A DNA stretch of 43,472 bases, from the sequence record SRR16203515_940; one strand, written 5' to 3'. The notes beneath the pieces are model-generated. The model was not told the origin of the DNA and searched no databases. It saw nothing but the letters and a program-made list of their open reading frames with translations. Made by a program: the position numbers and the translations under genes. Every line of letters starts with the position of its first letter. Position 1 is the first letter of the stretch. Shown piece by piece: positions 28,566 through 38,578 of the stretch.

Positions 28566-31500
28566 GTGACGGTGATGAAGTCGGCGCTTGAATCGGGTGG
28601 CGTTGATAGTGCTTCAGTTGCATTTGTTGAAGCCCATGGCACAGGAACGCCTTTGGGAGACCCCATCGAGGTAGGCTCCATTAATGAGGTTTATGACGGC
28701 CAGACAAAGACATGGATCGGCTCAGTAAAAAGTGTAATCGGGCATTTGGAAGGCGCTGCGGGTATTGCCGGACTGATTAAAGCATTACTTGTGTTGCAGA
28801 ATCGACGAGTGCCTGCACAGGCGAGTCTTCGGACTGTAAGTCGTCGGGTCGATCGTGTATCCAGAAACGCAAAGGTCGCGATTCAGTCCCAACACTTGGC
28901 GGAGACTGGCGACTTATGGGCTGCAGTGAGTTCATTTGGATTCGGGGGTACCAATGCCCATGTTGTTCTCAAATCGTCGCCTAATCCAGTTGACATTCAG
29001 CAACACGATAATTTGGACATAACGTCTCCTCAATCATACTTGCTCCCTTTGTCAGCGCATAATAAAAAGAGTCTTCATTTTTTAATGCGCAGTTACATCG
29101 ACCTTTTGGCTGTACCCAGCACAGATGTGGACGCCTTATGTTTTTCTGCAGCGGTCGGTCGGGAACTCCTGCCTGTACGGGCGATCGTTTCAGGACAGAA
29201 CGCGGGGGAGTTAGCCAACTCGATTAAAAATATTCTGGCAGAGAGTGAATCCCATGCGTATGAGCCGGCCGCGAAGGGAATTGTTTGGTTATTCAGCGGG
29301 CAAGGTTCGCAATATCAGGGGATGGCTTCGCAACTCTTAGGGTTTCCAGTTTTTAAGAATGCGCTTGATTATTGTGCGAGTTTGCTCAAAGACGATGATG
29401 GCTTCGATTTGCACGGCGCCCTGCAAAGCGAATCCGAAATTTTGCAACAGACACAAGTTGCTCAGCCCATTATTTTTTCCTTTGAATACGCGCTGGCCCA
29501 ACTATATTTTTCATTTGGTATGAAACCGGCGGCAGTTGCGGGCCATAGTCTTGGAGAGCTTACGGCCGCATGTGTCGCGGGAATTATTCCCGTTGAAGAG
29601 ATGTTGCCATTCGTTAGGCGTCGCTCAAAAATAATGAGTCAGGTGACCACCTCTGGCGCCATGTTAGGGGCTCAACTGAATGTTGCGCATGCGCAAAAAT
29701 ATCTTCTCGATTTTCCGGGTGTCGAGATTGGGGCGGTGAATAGTGATCGGGCTGTTGTGTTTTCCGGTGAAACTGAGGCCATATCATCACTGGACCATGC
29801 ACTCAAACATCAGCAAATTTATACCAAGGTGCTGAGGGTTTCTCATGCCTTCCACAGCGCTCACCTGAGCCCGATCCTGGGCGCATTAGAGCGGGAGGCA
29901 CTCTATTTTAAGCCCCAAATAGGAGCGTTTCCCATTTTCTCTAACGTATCAGGAAAAGAGATTTCGGGCGATCAAATGGGGGCAGAATATTGGGTAAGTC
30001 AGGCCAGAAAACCCGTTCTATTCGGCGATTGCTTAAGGCAGATCCTGACCGAGAACAGTGGCGTCCTGGAAATAGGGCCAGGCGGGGCTTTATCCACATT
30101 TGCGGAAACTGTGATCGAAGAGCATTTTTCGTTAGAAAAAAAGCAAGTGTGCGCGGGTATTATCAACTCTGAGTCCGCTGAATTTTCGATTAAGAAAGCC
30201 GTGAGTTTGCATTTCTCATCGGGCTCAACGATCAATTGGAAATCGGTATATTCAGCTGGCAAACGACGCAAGCATCTCCTGCCAGATTATCCATTTACCC
30301 GGTCTAGTCACTGGCCGACGTTAAGTGGATCGAGGCGAATACGTTCTAGTGATAACGAGTTTTATCTCAGTAAGCATGTAATCCTGCCTGCTGAGAATAT
30401 GGAGATGTTTTCAGCACAATTCTCATCAACGACAACAAGTTTTTTAAATCAGCACGTGGTTTTTGACAGGATAGTTGTGCCCGGCGCGGGATTGATTGCG
30501 CTCATAGGGTGCGCTCAGGATGATTCTGATTCAAACAAGACTGATATGAATCTGGAAGATATTACGTTTATGCATCCGCTCTCGTTTGAAGACTATGAGA
30601 CGCGTGAGGTTCAGATGACACTTCCGTTTCAAGAAATGGAGTCTGGATCTCGTTTCCAGATTTCAAGTTTTAGGCCTGATGATCCGCAATCGAGCTATGT
30701 AAATCATGTGAGTGGGTATCGAAAAGTCAGAAAACAATCGATAAGCCTTGCGACCGAGTCTGTGAAAGAGTTGCAGAGTCAAATAACGAAAACCGGAGTC
30801 GAAAATTTCTATGATGTGTTTTGGCAGGCTTCAATTGCTTTAGGTCCCGGTTTCCGTTGGATTAAGTCGGTTGCAGTAAGTAATAACGAGGTGGTTACTC
30901 TTCTTCAAAGACCTGACCACTCATTGAGCAGAAAAGAGGAGTTAACCGGATTTCTGGATTCCGTTTTTCAAGGCCTGCTGGCAGGTGTTTCGCTTCAGCC
31001 GGGGCACGCATTGGTCCCGTTTGCGATCGACGAAATTTTTCTTGCGTTGGACTTGGTTAAATCATCGACTTGGGTGAAGATCCGGATTGAAGACGAAGAG
31101 CATTTATCTAGCGGGATAAAAGCTGATTTCCATATTTTTTCGAACGATGGCCGCGTAATGGGGCGGATTCGTGGTTTTCGAGCAAGACGGGTTCCAGAGG
31201 AGGCGTGGATGCCTGCCGATAAAGAGTTCGAAATTGGCGTTTATAAACGTCGTTGGAATCTTGTTCGATCTGATCAACTAGTGCCATTACGCTATGAAAA
31301 GTTTTTTGTGATTGCCGAGGACGAAAACTTTGCGTCCTCACTATCAAAATCACTTACTGAAGTAGACGGCGCCGAATTAGAGGTCAGTGTCTATACTGCA
31401 CTTCGAGACTTTTGCGAAAAGTTGTCTCCAGATCTCAGTGGTCTGGGAGATCCAGTCCAGGGGATCGTTTCTCAATCGGGGAAAAGTGCGGCAATTATTT

Positions 31501-33089
31501 CATTGGGCGACCAGCAATCCTCGTCGTCTTCAGGGTTTAGTGTGGATGAAACTGTCTCCCGAGTCTCTGATCTGGACCTCCTGTATCGATGCGCCACCCT
31601 GTATCCATCTCTTGATGTCATTCTGGCAACGGAAGGCGGATTCGAAATTTCTGACCGCCTAGACAGTCAGACTGGACCGACAACTCATGCCGCGATTGGT
31701 TACGTGCGAAGCGCTAACCACGAGTCTGAATCCAGTCTCTGGCGAATTATTGATTTAGATCGAAACTGGAGCCGTCAGCAAAGTGCGCTGCAATTGGGCC
31801 GCCTCGCTCAACGAAAGTATGAGGCAATCCCCGAAATTGTCAGTCGCGAGGGCAGCGACTACTATTGGGATCTTGATCGAATCGCCCCGTCTTCGACAAC
31901 GTCTCGTCGCTACGATGTTAGTGAGGCCTGTGTAATTTCCGGCGGTCTCGGTGGATTGGGCCTTGCAGTGGCAGAGCGATTGGCTGAAAAAGGGGTGCGG
32001 AACATTTGGTTATTGGGTCGAACTGATCCCAGTCCGATCGCTCGAGGTCTGATCGACGGGATGATGGGTCGGGAACTGAATCTGATTGTTTGCAAAGTTG
32101 ATATAGAAGAGCAAGATCAGGTCGCTGAGGTATTCACAAAAATTAACGAGGCCGGACATGTTTGTACTGGCATCTATCATTGCGCTGGAGTTGTCGATGA
32201 TCGTCCAGCCGGGGGTAATTCTCGATCCGGAATAGCGACTGTCATACGACCCAAGCTATTGGGCGCGCACTATCTGGACCAGTTTTCTAGCGATCATCAG
32301 TTGCGTGAGTTTGTGCTTTTCTCATCGGTTGCGGCGGCGTTTGGCAATGCTGGACAGACTGCATACTCGGCGGCCAATGCGGCGATGATGTCGATTGCTG
32401 AAAGACGCGTGTTTAGAGGGCTTCCTGTCACGCTGATTGACTGGGGGCCGTGGAATGACGTTGGCATGGCCGCCCGTAGAGGCCCAGAACTGCTGGCTTA
32501 TTTATCTCAACAAGGTTACCGCCCGATGGAGAATAGAGCGGCGTTAGGGCTGATGGAGCAAGCAATTGGGGATCGGCATGTCAGCGTAATTGCAGCCGGG
32601 TTTCGGTCGTCTAACGTCGAGTCGACTAGCAGGATAGAAACCCCGAAAGGCCGTAGCTCTGATGGGCAGAGTCAATCAACCGACTTTACCAATCGATTGA
32701 TCGAAATGAAAAAAGAAGATCGTGTTGATACCCTCTCCGAATACCTCCTCGTGGAGATCGGTGCGGCATTGAAGGGGTTGGATAAAAGTCAGCAGCTTGA
32801 TCATTTATCCGCATTGTTTGATCTTGGGCTTGACTCGCTCGGTGCGGTAGAGCTCAGGAATCGGGTGGGTCGGGAGTTGGGGTTGAAACTGCGGAGTACC
32901 TTATTATTTGACTATCCCAATGTTGCTGCTCTTTCAGAGTATCTTGCAGATCAGATAGAAAGTCTGTTTCCCGACGCAAGATATATGAAACCAGAGCCTG
33001 CAAATTCTTTGGCGGAAGACGGACTCGATCATGAACCGCCCGAAGATGATATTGCTGTCTTGTTGAGTCGGGAGTTGGAAAAGACATGA
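28566..33089 (+). CDS. PKS1 3' part: C-terminal half of KS, AT, DH, KR and ACP
   Basis: EAHGTGTPLGDPIE and GHLEGAAG; AT GHSLG and VSHAFHS; DH HVVFDRIVVP and LDSVFQ; KR GGLGGLG, VDD and YSAAN; ACP DLGLDSL. Confidence 0.8.
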   Translation: MTVMKSALESGGVDSASVAFVEAHGTGTPLGDPIEVGSINEVYDGQTKTWIGSVKSVIGHLEGAAGIAGLIKALLVLQNRRVPAQASLRTVSRRVDRVSRNAKVAIQSQHLAETGDLWAAVSSFGFGGTNAHVVLKSSPNPVDIQQHDNLDITSPQSYLLPLSAHNKKSLHFLMRSYIDLLAVPSTDVDALCFSAAVGRELLPVRAIVSGQNAGELANSIKNILAESESHAYEPAAKGIVWLFSGQGSQYQGMASQLLGFPVFKNALDYCASLLKDDDGFDLHGALQSESEILQQTQVAQPIIFSFEYALAQLYFSFGMKPAAVAGHSLGELTAACVAGIIPVEEMLPFVRRRSKIMSQVTTSGAMLGAQLNVAHAQKYLLDFPGVEIGAVNSDRAVVFSGETEAISSLDHALKHQQIYTKVLRVSHAFHSAHLSPILGALEREALYFKPQIGAFPIFSNVSGKEISGDQMGAEYWVSQARKPVLFGDCLRQILTENSGVLEIGPGGALSTFAETVIEEHFSLEKKQVCAGIINSESAEFSIKKAVSLHFSSGSTINWKSVYSAGKRRKHLLPDYPFTRSSHWPTLSGSRRIRSSDNEFYLSKHVILPAENMEMFSAQFSSTTTSFLNQHVVFDRIVVPGAGLIALIGCAQDDSDSNKTDMNLEDITFMHPLSFEDYETREVQMTLPFQEMESGSRFQISSFRPDDPQSSYVNHVSGYRKVRKQSISLATESVKELQSQITKTGVENFYDVFWQASIALGPGFRWIKSVAVSNNEVVTLLQRPDHSLSRKEELTGFLDSVFQGLLAGVSLQPGHALVPFAIDEIFLALDLVKSSTWVKIRIEDEEHLSSGIKADFHIFSNDGRVMGRIRGFRARRVPEEAWMPADKEFEIGVYKRRWNLVRSDQLVPLRYEKFFVIAEDENFASSLSKSLTEVDGAELEVSVYTALRDFCEKLSPDLSGLGDPVQGIVSQSGKSAAIISLGDQQSSSSSGFSVDETVSRVSDLDLLYRCATLYPSLDVILATEGGFEISDRLDSQTGPTTHAAIGYVRSANHESESSLWRIIDLDRNWSRQQSALQLGRLAQRKYEAIPEIVSREGSDYYWDLDRIAPSSTTSRRYDVSEACVISGGLGGLGLAVAERLAEKGVRNIWLLGRTDPSPIARGLIDGMMGRELNLIVCKVDIEEQDQVAEVFTKINEAGHVCTGIYHCAGVVDDRPAGGNSRSGIATVIRPKLLGAHYLDQFSSDHQLREFVLFSSVAAAFGNAGQTAYSAANAAMMSIAERRVFRGLPVTLIDWGPWNDVGMAARRGPELLAYLSQQGYRPMENRAALGLMEQAIGDRHVSVIAAGFRSSNVESTSRIETPKGRSSDGQSQSTDFTNRLIEMKKEDRVDTLSEYLLVEIGAALKGLDKSQQLDHLSALFDLGLDSLGAVELRNRVGRELGLKLRSTLLFDYPNVAALSEYLADQIESLFPDARYMKPEPANSLAEDGLDHEPPEDDIAVLLSRELEKT

Positions 33090-36000
33090 CCGACAGAGCA
33101 GATTCAGCGGCAAGGGACAATGATAAAAAATTGATGGCGAAGGCGCTTGAAGAAATCAAGCGCCTTCGCGAAGAGAACCGGAGGCTACAGGATGATCAGC
33201 AAGAGCCAATTGCTGTCATTGGGGTAGGGTGTCGACTTCCGGGTAACTCCAATGACATCGATCAGTTTTGGCACTTGTTAACCGAAGGTCGAGAAGGCCT
33301 TGGTGAGACACCTCCTGATCGTTGGGATAGCAATCTTTTCGTCAGTGATGACCCAACGTTGTCTGGGAAAATTACAAGTAAGCGTGGCGGATTTATCTCC
33401 GAAGGGCTGGAATTCGACGCAGGATTTTTTGGTATTGCACCCGTTGAGGCTAGGAGTCTTGATCCCCAACAGGCGTTACTGCTAGAGGTTGTTTGGCAGG
33501 CATTGGAACATGGAAACATAACGCCGAAGCGCCTCTACAATTCCAATACAGGTGTATTCATTGGCGCAAGCAGTCCGGATAATTCTCTGGGATTGATGGG
33601 TGGCTCGCTCGATGAGGTAGACGGCTACCACGGAAGCGGTTGCGCATTCGGGCCATTAGTTGGACGTGTCTCGTATTTTTATGGCTTGCTTGGCCCGAGT
33701 TTCGTTGTCGATACGGCCTGTTCATCCTCGCTCGTTTCTCTTCATTTGGCTGCTGATAGCCTAAGAAGGAAAGAGTGCGATCTCGCAATAGCAGGGGGTG
33801 TTCAGATCAATGCGCATCCCGGATTTTCGGTAACGTTCTCACAAGCTAAGATGTTGTCGCCAGACGGCCGTTGTAGAACATTTGATAAAGACGCGAACGG
33901 CTATGTGCGTGGCGAAGGTTGTGGCGTATTCATCCTCAAACGATTAAGGGATGCTGAGGAAGACCATGACAAGATTGTCGCAGTCATGCGAGGGTCCGCT
34001 GTCAATCAGGACGGACCCAGTGGTGGGTTGACGGTTCCAAGTGGTCCGGCGCAGGTGCGGGTTATTCGGGAAGCTTTAAGGCGTTCGAAATTGCAACCGA
34101 GCGATGTTTCATTCGTGGAGGCGCATGGTACCGGTACATCGTTCGGTGATCCAATTGAAGTGGGCGCCCTAGGGGAGGTATTCGGAGCGCGAGATAAAAA
34201 GAGACCGTTAGTTATTGGATCATTGAAAACCAATATCGGTCATCTTGAGGCAGCAGCAGGGATTGCAGGCGCGATCAAAACTGTTCTCGCACTGAAAAAT
34301 CGACAGGTGCCACAACATCTTAATCTTGAAAACGCTAATCCATTAATTGCCTGGGATGAGCTGCCCATCGAAGTTGCGTCAGGACGTGGTCGTCCTTTGC
34401 CGAATGATAAAGAGGTGCACGCTGGTGTTAGCTCGTTTGGGTTTAGCGGGACCAACGCTCATATCGTATTTTCAAGTTATGAGCCTCAAGAAACACCGGG
34501 CCAGCGCACCCCTAAGGAAACAATTTCCGAACCTACCGTTCTGATGCTTTCAGCGAGAACCAAAAGTGCTCTTGTCGCTTTATCTCAACGATATGAAGAG
34601 TTATTTTCAAAATCAAAAATTGAACCACATTCTTTGGCTGCTAGCATCCTCGATTGTCGCGCTGAGCATTTGTATCGAATTGCGGTGCTAGGGGCAACGC
34701 GGGAGCAATTAATCGACCGATTGCATATTATTGCGAGAGGTGACTCCCATCCAGCAGTTCTTCAGCATAAAAGCAGGGCATTGCCCGCAAAAATTGGATT
34801 CGCGTTCTCAGGGCAAGGATCGCAATATGTTGGTATGGGGAGCGGGTTATATCAGCAGAGTGTAACGTTTCGAGATGCATTTGATCGCTGCGCGAGCCTT
34901 ATTGAAAATCAGAGCGGAAAAAAAATAGTAGATCTGATCACGAGTAAAGACGAGGAAATCAATCGGACAGAAAACGCGCAGATTGCAATTTTTACGGTTC
35001 AGTATGCGCTATGCCAACTATGGAAGGCCCGAGGCATAGAGCCAGCGTTTGTGATTGGACATAGTGTTGGTGAAGTTGCGGCTGCGTTATGCGCAGGGGT
35101 GATGGGATTGGAAGATGCTGTGCGCTTGATCGTTTCTCGCGCCGATCTGATGGGAAAAGTCACCGCGCCTGGCGGAATGGTCGCAGTGTCTATGGGGGAG
35201 AGTGAGGTAAAGCAATTATTGACTGCGCCTGAAGAGGTAATTGCGGCTGTGAATGGCCCAAATTCGACCGTGATTTCTGCCCCGCCAGATCGATTAAGCA
35301 GTCTTCTCGGTCGTTTTGCCGAAAAAGACGTTCAGTTCAAGGAGCTCAATGTCTCCCACGCATTTCATTCCCGAGATTTTGTCGAGGCAGCCGACCGCTT
35401 ACAGGAAAACATTAAGGCCATTGATTTTCAGTCGCCTCAAATACCAATGTCCCTTAACTTGACCGGTGCTCTTTTCGATTCAGACCAGTTTGATTCAAAT
35501 TACTGGTCACAGCAGATGTTATCGCCGGTTCGTTTTTTTGACGGCATGAAAAGCATTGATAATCAATCAATTGGTTCGTGGGTCGAAATTGGAGGACACC
35601 CCACCTTACTGCCAATGATGAAGGAAATTTTGGATGAATCAGTGGATGAGACAGAAGGAAGTCATCCGCACAGATGGATCGCGAGTTTGCATAGGTCGTC
35701 TCCTGATTCGGATACTTTTTTAAAAGCGTGCGGGCGTCTTTGGGTTTGTGGTCATCCGATCAAGCTGAGCCCAGAAGCGAACCGGCAGGTTGACCTACCG
35801 ACTTACCCTTTCGAGCGTAAAAATTATCGACGCCGACCTTTAGTCGCAAGACCTAATCACCCGCAACCTGACGACAGGCTTGATGCCTGGACATTACACG
35901 TTCGATCAAAAGCCCTAACCGCTGAAATTTTTCAACGTCAAATTTCAATTAATGATTTTCCTGAACTAGATGATCATCATGTATTTGGCGATCGGGTGGT

Positions 36001-38560
36001 TTCGGGCGCATTTTTTCTCGCAATGCTAACAGAGGCATTTTTGGAAATAAGCGGAGCGGAAAAGTTCGAGATTAAACAACTTGAATTCCCACAGGCATTA
36101 AGTCTTTCAGGAGATCGATCGAGGTGGCTTCAGCTTGAAGTCAGTCAGGATGTCTCAAAAGGAACGTTCGAGCTTTCCAGCTCAATTTCTTCAGGAGACC
36201 GTGAGCGGGTACATGCTCACGGACAGCTGAGGATAACCCCTGATAGCAGTCGGGACGCAGGCGTTAATCCGATTGATGGCCTAGGAGTTGAGCGTCTCCC
36301 GCCTGAAGAAATCTACACCGCTCAACACGGGCGACAAATCGATGCAGGCCCGTCTTACCATTGGGTGAGCAGTTGTCGGATCGGCACTCGATTGGGTCAC
36401 GTTGATTTATCTCGGCCGGTTGTGTCGAATCCTGGTTTTAATTGGAGACTGCCTCCGGGCTTAGTAGACTCTTGCTTCGGCGTGTTTGTATATGTTGCAG
36501 GGGTGCCTGAATTCGAAACCTATGTTCCCGTAGGAATTGATTTAATCCAATATTTTGAATTTGATCCATCGATTGAATGTTTTGCAAGAGTTGAGATTCA
36601 TGATCTGGACTTCGATAGGGGTCAGATTAATGGCAGCATCGAAATTCTCGATGCTGAAAACCAAACACTTTTGCGCCTCCAGGGGGTGAGGGCAAAGCGT
36701 GTTACTCGAGACTTCCTCCTCGATGAGTCGATGGTCGATGGGGAAGATTTTTTAACGCTTGATTGGCGTCCCACCGAACTGAATTCCGAGAACCGAGATC
36801 CGGGCGCCTGGTTGTTTTTGGGGCAGGAGGATCAGTTGTGTTCCTCGATTATTAAGGCGCTTGAGTCGAAAGGGCAGGTAGTGGTTCGCGGGTTGTCGGG
36901 TCTCTCGGAAGGCGATAGGAGTACCGTCGAGGATGAATTCGCGCATCTTCAAAATATTTTATCAACGGAAAAGCCCGTTGCTGCAGATGGTTGGCGGGGA
37001 ATCATTGACTGCAGACTGATTTCCAACCTGGCAAACACAGACCTATCCCAAGAAGATCTGTGGAGTGTTTGCGGACCTAGTTTTACTGCACTTAAATCTT
37101 TAATAAAGCACCCTCATTCGCTCTCCTATGTTGTCGTTACAACTGGAGCCGTGCAGGCGTCAGAGTATGACTTTGTGTCTCGCCCGCTTCAGGCGATGAC
37201 TTGGGGTTTAATCAGATCGGCTTTGCGTGAGTTGCCGGAATTTCCGATCAAGGTGATCGATGCAGAGTCGAGGGGTATTAGTGAGTCTGCAGATCTGATC
37301 GTCAGAGTTGCTTTAAGTGTCGGTAGAGAATCGCAGTTTGTTATTCGCGAAAAAAGCCTACACATACCGCGTTTGATCAAGACGGATCGCGATCGCGGTG
37401 ATGGGCTTCAGATAACGGCGTCCCATGCTTACGTATTGATCGGCGGGCATGGCGGCATCGGGGGAACGATTGTTAGATGGCTGGTGAATTGCGGTGTGAA
37501 ATATATTGTAATCGTAGGTCGCCGACACACTAATTCTTCAGAGGCGTTGGATTTTCTTAAAGAACAAAAGAAGAATGGCGTTTCTTTCTGCGTAATAAAC
37601 TTTCCTGAAAATGGCCGATATGATGTTGCAGACCTAGAGTTAGATTCCCTTGATCGACCCGTCGGCGCTATTTTTCATCTCGCCGGTACAACTGCAGATA
37701 AAAGCCTAAAGGCGATGAGTTGGAACGAGTTTTCCGGCCTATTCGCTTCGAAAGTACAAATTGCAGATGGCTTGAGGCGTTACAGTGATGCACACCCGGA
37801 AGTTCAGATCATCTTTTTCTCGTCGTTCGTCTCAGTGGCTGGCAGTGAGGGTCAGGCGAATTATGCGTCGGTCAATGCTTATCTTGATGCGGTAGCCAGC
37901 ATGGGGCGGGCGAATATTACGTCGCTCGGGTGGGGGCCATGGAACGGCGTTGGAATGGCTGGACGTCTAGAAAAAAGTCAGCTTCAAAATTTGCAGACTC
38001 AAGGGGTCGAACTTATTTCCCCGGCTAGAGCCATGTCGGTTTTTAACGATATTGAACTCCTCAAAGGCGGTCATCAAATCATTGCCCCTGTAAATTGGCA
38101 ACGGTGGATCTCACGAGACCCTATTTTTTCTGACTTAATAGCAGAACCTGGAAATAGGTCCTCCGATGATCACTTCCTCAAGATTATTCGAAAGCGCTCT
38201 GTAAAGCAGCGAAAGACCTTAATGAGTGATCACCTGCGAGCGCTAGTGTCATCGATACTGCTCCTAGATGCCGGTGAGATAAATGTTAACGACCGGCTTT
38301 TTGATATCGGGGTAGATTCCTTGATCGCGATGCAACTCAAAAGTAAGTTGCAACAAGACTTAGGGGTGCCTCTCGGTTCTACACTTTTATTTGACTTTCC
38401 AACTGTGGATCGACTGGCCCATTATCTTGTTGAAGAATTCGTGAACCCTCTGGATGAGACCGGTCGAGATAGCCAGCGATCTAGCAAAGACGCTCCTTCG
38501 CAGAATGAGGTCGATGCCTTGGCGTCTGCCTTGCATCGATTAAAAGAAAGTCTGAGTTAG
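33086..38560 (+). CDS. Type I modular PKS, KS-AT-DH-KR-ACP
   Basis: N-terminal docking helix; KS DTACSSS, HGTGT and GHLEAAAG; AT GHSVG and VSHAFHS; DH-like HHVFGDRVVS; KR GGHGGIG and GQANYASVN; ACP DIGVDSL; ATGA overlap with PKS1. Confidence 0.95.
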   Translation: MTDRADSAARDNDKKLMAKALEEIKRLREENRRLQDDQQEPIAVIGVGCRLPGNSNDIDQFWHLLTEGREGLGETPPDRWDSNLFVSDDPTLSGKITSKRGGFISEGLEFDAGFFGIAPVEARSLDPQQALLLEVVWQALEHGNITPKRLYNSNTGVFIGASSPDNSLGLMGGSLDEVDGYHGSGCAFGPLVGRVSYFYGLLGPSFVVDTACSSSLVSLHLAADSLRRKECDLAIAGGVQINAHPGFSVTFSQAKMLSPDGRCRTFDKDANGYVRGEGCGVFILKRLRDAEEDHDKIVAVMRGSAVNQDGPSGGLTVPSGPAQVRVIREALRRSKLQPSDVSFVEAHGTGTSFGDPIEVGALGEVFGARDKKRPLVIGSLKTNIGHLEAAAGIAGAIKTVLALKNRQVPQHLNLENANPLIAWDELPIEVASGRGRPLPNDKEVHAGVSSFGFSGTNAHIVFSSYEPQETPGQRTPKETISEPTVLMLSARTKSALVALSQRYEELFSKSKIEPHSLAASILDCRAEHLYRIAVLGATREQLIDRLHIIARGDSHPAVLQHKSRALPAKIGFAFSGQGSQYVGMGSGLYQQSVTFRDAFDRCASLIENQSGKKIVDLITSKDEEINRTENAQIAIFTVQYALCQLWKARGIEPAFVIGHSVGEVAAALCAGVMGLEDAVRLIVSRADLMGKVTAPGGMVAVSMGESEVKQLLTAPEEVIAAVNGPNSTVISAPPDRLSSLLGRFAEKDVQFKELNVSHAFHSRDFVEAADRLQENIKAIDFQSPQIPMSLNLTGALFDSDQFDSNYWSQQMLSPVRFFDGMKSIDNQSIGSWVEIGGHPTLLPMMKEILDESVDETEGSHPHRWIASLHRSSPDSDTFLKACGRLWVCGHPIKLSPEANRQVDLPTYPFERKNYRRRPLVARPNHPQPDDRLDAWTLHVRSKALTAEIFQRQISINDFPELDDHHVFGDRVVSGAFFLAMLTEAFLEISGAEKFEIKQLEFPQALSLSGDRSRWLQLEVSQDVSKGTFELSSSISSGDRERVHAHGQLRITPDSSRDAGVNPIDGLGVERLPPEEIYTAQHGRQIDAGPSYHWVSSCRIGTRLGHVDLSRPVVSNPGFNWRLPPGLVDSCFGVFVYVAGVPEFETYVPVGIDLIQYFEFDPSIECFARVEIHDLDFDRGQINGSIEILDAENQTLLRLQGVRAKRVTRDFLLDESMVDGEDFLTLDWRPTELNSENRDPGAWLFLGQEDQLCSSIIKALESKGQVVVRGLSGLSEGDRSTVEDEFAHLQNILSTEKPVAADGWRGIIDCRLISNLANTDLSQEDLWSVCGPSFTALKSLIKHPHSLSYVVVTTGAVQASEYDFVSRPLQAMTWGLIRSALRELPEFPIKVIDAESRGISESADLIVRVALSVGRESQFVIREKSLHIPRLIKTDRDRGDGLQITASHAYVLIGGHGGIGGTIVRWLVNCGVKYIVIVGRRHTNSSEALDFLKEQKKNGVSFCVINFPENGRYDVADLELDSLDRPVGAIFHLAGTTADKSLKAMSWNEFSGLFASKVQIADGLRRYSDAHPEVQIIFFSSFVSVAGSEGQANYASVNAYLDAVASMGRANITSLGWGPWNGVGMAGRLEKSQLQNLQTQGVELISPARAMSVFNDIELLKGGHQIIAPVNWQRWISRDPIFSDLIAEPGNRSSDDHFLKIIRKRSVKQRKTLMSDHLRALVSSILLLDAGEINVNDRLFDIGVDSLIAMQLKSKLQQDLGVPLGSTLLFDFPTVDRLAHYLVEEFVNPLDETGRDSQRSSKDAPSQNEVDALASALHRLKESLS

Positions 38561-38578
38561 GAGGCTCTCAGACGAGTG

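Larger units (their letters stand above)
25650..33089 (+). pseudogene. Type I PKS FAAL-ACP-KS-AT-DH-KR-ACP (2479 residues if read through), interrupted by one in-frame TAA at 28563-28565
   Basis: The two ORFs abut in the same frame. The junction reads GLTAPNPNA*VTVMKSAL, where the two sister KS domains in this window read GLTVPSGPAQVRVIREAL and GLTVPNGPAQEHVINAAL. Confidence 0.8.
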
